Shown here in pieces: positions 60,401 through 64,000 of a stretch of 64,000 nt of DNA. Origin of the DNA: Macrostomum lignano (lineage: Eukaryota); NCBI GenBank assembly GCA_002269645.1, contig NIVC01000815.1, positions 1-64,000 of the forward strand. Reading direction: 5' to 3'. Under the pieces are notes generated by a model that saw nothing but the letters and a program-made list of their open reading frames with translations, did no database searches and was not told where the DNA came from. Position numbers and translations under genes: made by a program. The first letter of the stretch is position 1; the number at the start of each line of letters is the position of its first letter.

Positions 60401-62746
60401 GGTGAACAGAGTGCGCAGGCTGGCAGGCGTACGGCAGGCGTAGTGCTGCGCCAAGGTGCACAAATCGGCCACGTCGGCTACGCCTAGAGCGCTTGGCGTT
60501 GTGCTCAGCATTCGGCGAACTGATTCGGCGTCAACGTCCGGTGCTAGTAGGGACTCCTTGCAGTTGACAACAAATACTAGACCTGCAGGGTGCCGGATGA
60601 GCTAGTGTGAGTTCAAGACCATGCTTAACATGGGAGTATGGGGTATAGGAGGATGGGGAAGGTGGGATAACTGAATTAAAGTAAGGTAAAACACGGAAGG
60701 TGGTTTGGATAAATAATTATTTGCAGGGCTGCGGCCTCCTCCGTCGCAACGCCTTTGGCGACATTGTCGCGAAACCAGCCCTGACGGCAATTCTGCACAT
60801 TCCGCTGACTCATGAGCACAATACAAGCTCCCCAATACTGTACACAGGCACGCACTCACACACACACATGCTCACACAGGGTGTACAGCGGCCCTGGCTT
60901 TCTAATCGTCAGGCATGTAGACAGGCAGATTTCTCTACAAGACATTAGAAAAAAGCAACAGATAACTCACCGATGAACAATAGCAGAAATGGATCAGCCA
61001 GCAGGAAGTACATATCCCATAGCGGATGCAGCACTTCCGTCGCCAAGTCTCGAGCCAGTAGGCCGGCCATCCAGTCGGAGGCAAAGTCAGCCACGGGCAG
61101 TCGCAGACTATCGAGCAGGGAGCTGAGCGCAGGCTCGTGATACTGCAACAGCAGGCGGAACACGTGACAGGCCGGCTCGGGTCTCGGCGTGTACTTTGTG
61201 AGCAGAGCCGAGAACATTGGGAATAGGGCTCGGGTAGATGGTTGTTGCTGCTGTGGCGGCTGCTGCGGCAGCTGAAGTAGAGCTCGAACCACCTTGGCGT
61301 AGAGATACAGATTAGTGGATAATCTCAGATCAGATACGGATTAGCGGATAATCTCAGATCAGATACGGATTAGCGGATAATCTCAGATCAGATCAGATAC
61401 GCATTAGCGGATAATCTCAGATCAGATCAGATACGCATTAGCGGATAATCTCAGGTGAGCTACGGATTAGCGGATAATCTCAGATCAGATCAGATACGCA
61501 TTAGCGGATAATCTCAGATCAGATCAGATACGCATTAGCGGATAATCTCAGATCAGATCAGATACGGATTAGCGGATAATCTCAGATCAGATACGGATTA
61601 GCGGATAATCTCAGATCAGATATGGGTTAGCGGATAATCTCAGATCAGATCAGATATGGATTAGCGGATAATCTCAGATCAGATACGGATTAGTGGATAA
61701 TCTCAGATCAGATACGGATTAGCGGATAATCTCAGATCAGATACGGATTAGCGGATAATCTCAGATCAGATCAGATATGGATTAGCGGATTATCTCAGAT
61801 CAGATACGGATTAGCGGATAATCTCAGGTGAGCTACGGATTAGCGGATAATCTCAGATCAGATCAGATACGCATTAGCGGATAATCTCAGATCAGATCAG
61901 ATATGGATTAGCGGATTATCTCAGATCAGATACGGATTAGGGGATAATCTCAGATCAGATACGGATTAGCGGATAATTTCAGGTCAGATACGGATTAGCG
62001 GATAATCTCAGGTGAGCTACGGATTAGCGGATAATCTCAGGTCAGATCAGATACGGATTAGCGGATAATCTCAGGTCAGATCAGATACGGATTAGCGGAT
62101 AATCTCCGGTCGGTGAGCTACGGATTAGCGGATAATCTCAGGTCAGATCAGATACGGATTAGCGGATAATCTCAGGTCAGATCAGATACGGATTAGCGGA
62201 TAATCTCCGGTCGGTGAGCTACGGATTAGCGGATAATCTCAGGTCAGATCAGATACGGATTAGCGGATAATCTCAGGTCAGATCAGATACGGATTAGCGG
62301 ATAATCTCCGGTCGGTGAGCTACGGATTAGCGGATAATCTCAGGTCAGATCAGATACGGATTAGCGGATAATCTCAGGTCAGATCAGATACGGATTAGCG
62401 GATAATCTCAGGTCAGATCAGATACGGATTAGCGGATAATCTCCGGTCAGGTGAGCTACGGATTAGTGGATAATCCCAAGTCAGCTCAGATATGGGTTGA
62501 TACCTGAAGCCACACAGGCAGAAACTTCCGACCAGTCAGTTTGCAGTAGTGCGTCAGCATCGACTCCAAATCCGACTGCATTGCTACGCCGCCTTCGCCG
62601 CCTCCGGCGTCCCAGTCGCGTACGAAATCCCGGCAGGCAGCGCGGAGCTCAGCCTGTTCGGGCAAGTCGAACAGGCCGTCGAATTCGTCTAGAAGGCTGG
62701 CAGCCCGAGCACCGCCAGACGCCGCGCCCAGACAGATGGACCACAC
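57470..62746 (-). CDS. TBC1D23: TBC1 domain family member 23 homolog (TBC, rhodanese-like, C-terminal PH-like); first exon(s) outside the window
   Basis: Phase-consistent exons: 62746-62504, 61292-60971, 60582-60299, 59037-58360, 57841-57470. Motifs FDLPEQ..DLESMLTHYCK, HVFRLLLQYHEP, LWDMYFLLADPFL, VDVRSPDMYNRGHL, and VVKITSKKRLPEFITFKYG. Confidence 0.92.
57905..58315. repeat. 32-bp minisatellite (GACAGCAGCCACAGACAGCCCAGTCGCCCATA), TBC1D23 last intron
   Basis: Period 32 nt. Confidence 0.93.
59166..60226. repeat. 31-bp minisatellite (CTAGGGGCGGATCTCGGGTGCACGGTACACA), TBC1D23 intron
   Basis: Period about 31 nt with variants. Confidence 0.96.
60725..60925 (-). mobile_element. Dispersed repeat copy 3 (truncated at the head end), putative SINE
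   Basis: cgcaacgcctttggcgacat..ccagccctgacggc..aatactgtacacaggcac..cagggtgtacagcggccctggctttctaatcgtcaggcatgta aligns with copy 1. Confidence 0.6.
61305..62482. repeat. 29/34-bp minisatellite (GGATTAGCGGATAATCTCAGATCAGATAC, variable AGATC pentamers), TBC1D23 intron
   Basis: Periodic ggattagcggataatctc. Confidence 0.96.
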
Positions 62747-62871
62747 CTGGAGGGCGGAGAAGGTGAAAGCAGTTAAATTAAAAAAAAATGCTTTTCACAA
62801 AATCAGTAGATGCGACTTAGAACTCGGAGAGTACAGTTGCTATGAAGGATCAGGGGTTAGAGATACTGACA

Positions 62872-64000
62872 CACTGAAGGATCAGGGGACAGAGCGGCTG
62901 TCTCACTGAAGGATCAGGGGACAGAGCGGCTGTCTCACTGAAGAATCTGGGGACAGAGCGGCTGTCTCACTGAAGGATCAGGGGACAGAGCGGCTGTTCA
63001 CTGAAGAATCCGGGGACAGAGCGGCTGTCTCACTGAAGGATCAGGGGACAGCGGCTGTCTCACTGAAGAATCCGGGGACAGAGCGGCTGTCTCACTGAAG
63101 AATCCGGGGACAGAGCGGCTGTCTCACTGAAGGATCAGGGGACAGAGCGGCTGTCTCACTGAAGAATCCGGGGACAGCGCGGCTGTCTCACTGAAGGATC
63201 AGGGGACAGAGCGGCTGTCTCACTGAAGAATCAGGGGACAGAGCGGCTGTCTCACTGAAGGATCAGGGGACAGAGCGGCTGTCTCACTGAAGGATCAGGG
63301 GACAGCGCGGCTGTCTCACTGAAGGATCAGGGGACAGAGCGGCTGTCTCACTGAAGGATCAGGGGACAGAGCGGCTGTCTCACTGAAGGATCAGGGGACA
63401 GAGCGGCTGTCTCACTGAAGGATCAGGGGACAGCGGCTGTCTCACTGAAGGATCAGGGGACAGAGCGGCTGTCTCACTGAAGGATCAGGGGACAGAGCGG
63501 CTGTCTCACTGAAGGATCAGGGGACAGAGCGGCTGTCTCACTGAAGGATCAGGGGACAGAGCGGCTGTCTCACTGAAGGATCAGGGGACAGAGCGGCTGT
63601 CTCACTGAAGGATCAGGGGACAGAGCGGCTGTCTCACTGAAGGATCTGGGGACAGAGCGGCTGTCTCACTGAAGGATCAGGGGACAGAGCGGCTGTCTCA
63701 CTGAAGGATCAGGGGACAGAGCGGCTGTCTCACTGAAGGATCAGGGGACAGAGCGGCTGTCTCACTGAAGGATCAGGGGACAGAGCGGCTGTCTCACTGA
63801 AGGATCAGGGGACAGAGCGGCTGTCTCACTGAAGAATCCGGGGACAGCGCGGCTGTCTCACTGAAGGATCAGGGGACAGAGCGGCTGTCTCACTGAAGGA
63901 TCAGGGGACAGAGCGGCTGTCTCACTGAAGGATCAGGGGACAGAGCGGCTGTCTCACTGAAGGATCAGGGGACAGAGCGGCTGTCTCACTGAAGAATCCG
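62872..64000. repeat. 32-bp minisatellite (GAAGGATCAGGGGACAGAGCGGCTGTCTCACT), runs off the right edge
   Basis: Period 32 nt. Internal GACAG/CTGTC mini-stem. Confidence 0.97.

Overview
Eukaryotic (animal) genomic DNA with spliceosomal GT-AG introns, GC-rich exons and introns filled with minisatellites. This style is consistent with the free-living flatworm Macrostomum lignano (inference, not proven). Left third (1-22.4 kb) is a transposon cluster. It holds an intron-containing Helitron/Helentron Rep gene with an OTU protease domain (minus strand, runs off the left edge) and an apparently exact 3,332-bp tandem duplication with long hairpins. It also holds a head-to-tail array of a Jockey/I-group-like LINE whose ORF1 carries an AlkB (ALKBH2/3-like 2OG-Fe(II) dioxygenase) domain fused to a gag-like triple-CCHC region: one full-length copy plus internally deleted derivatives, one retaining only AlkB. 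Fragments of an RNase H-bearing LINE and a Gypsy integrase follow. Right two thirds holds four host genes: an SLC4 anion-exchanger-like gene with an IQ motif (minus), tyrosine hydroxylase (plus, head-to-head with SLC4), IBTK (minus) and TBC1D23 (minus, 5' end outside the window). Almost every long intron contains its own distinct minisatellite. Two IBTK introns carry the same 28-bp array in inverted orientation. Most frameshifts in the Helitron, LINE ORF2 and host genes are single-base losses in homopolymers, suggesting assembly errors rather than true inactivation. Headline candidate: the AlkB-carrying LINE. All calls are by eye, without database searches.
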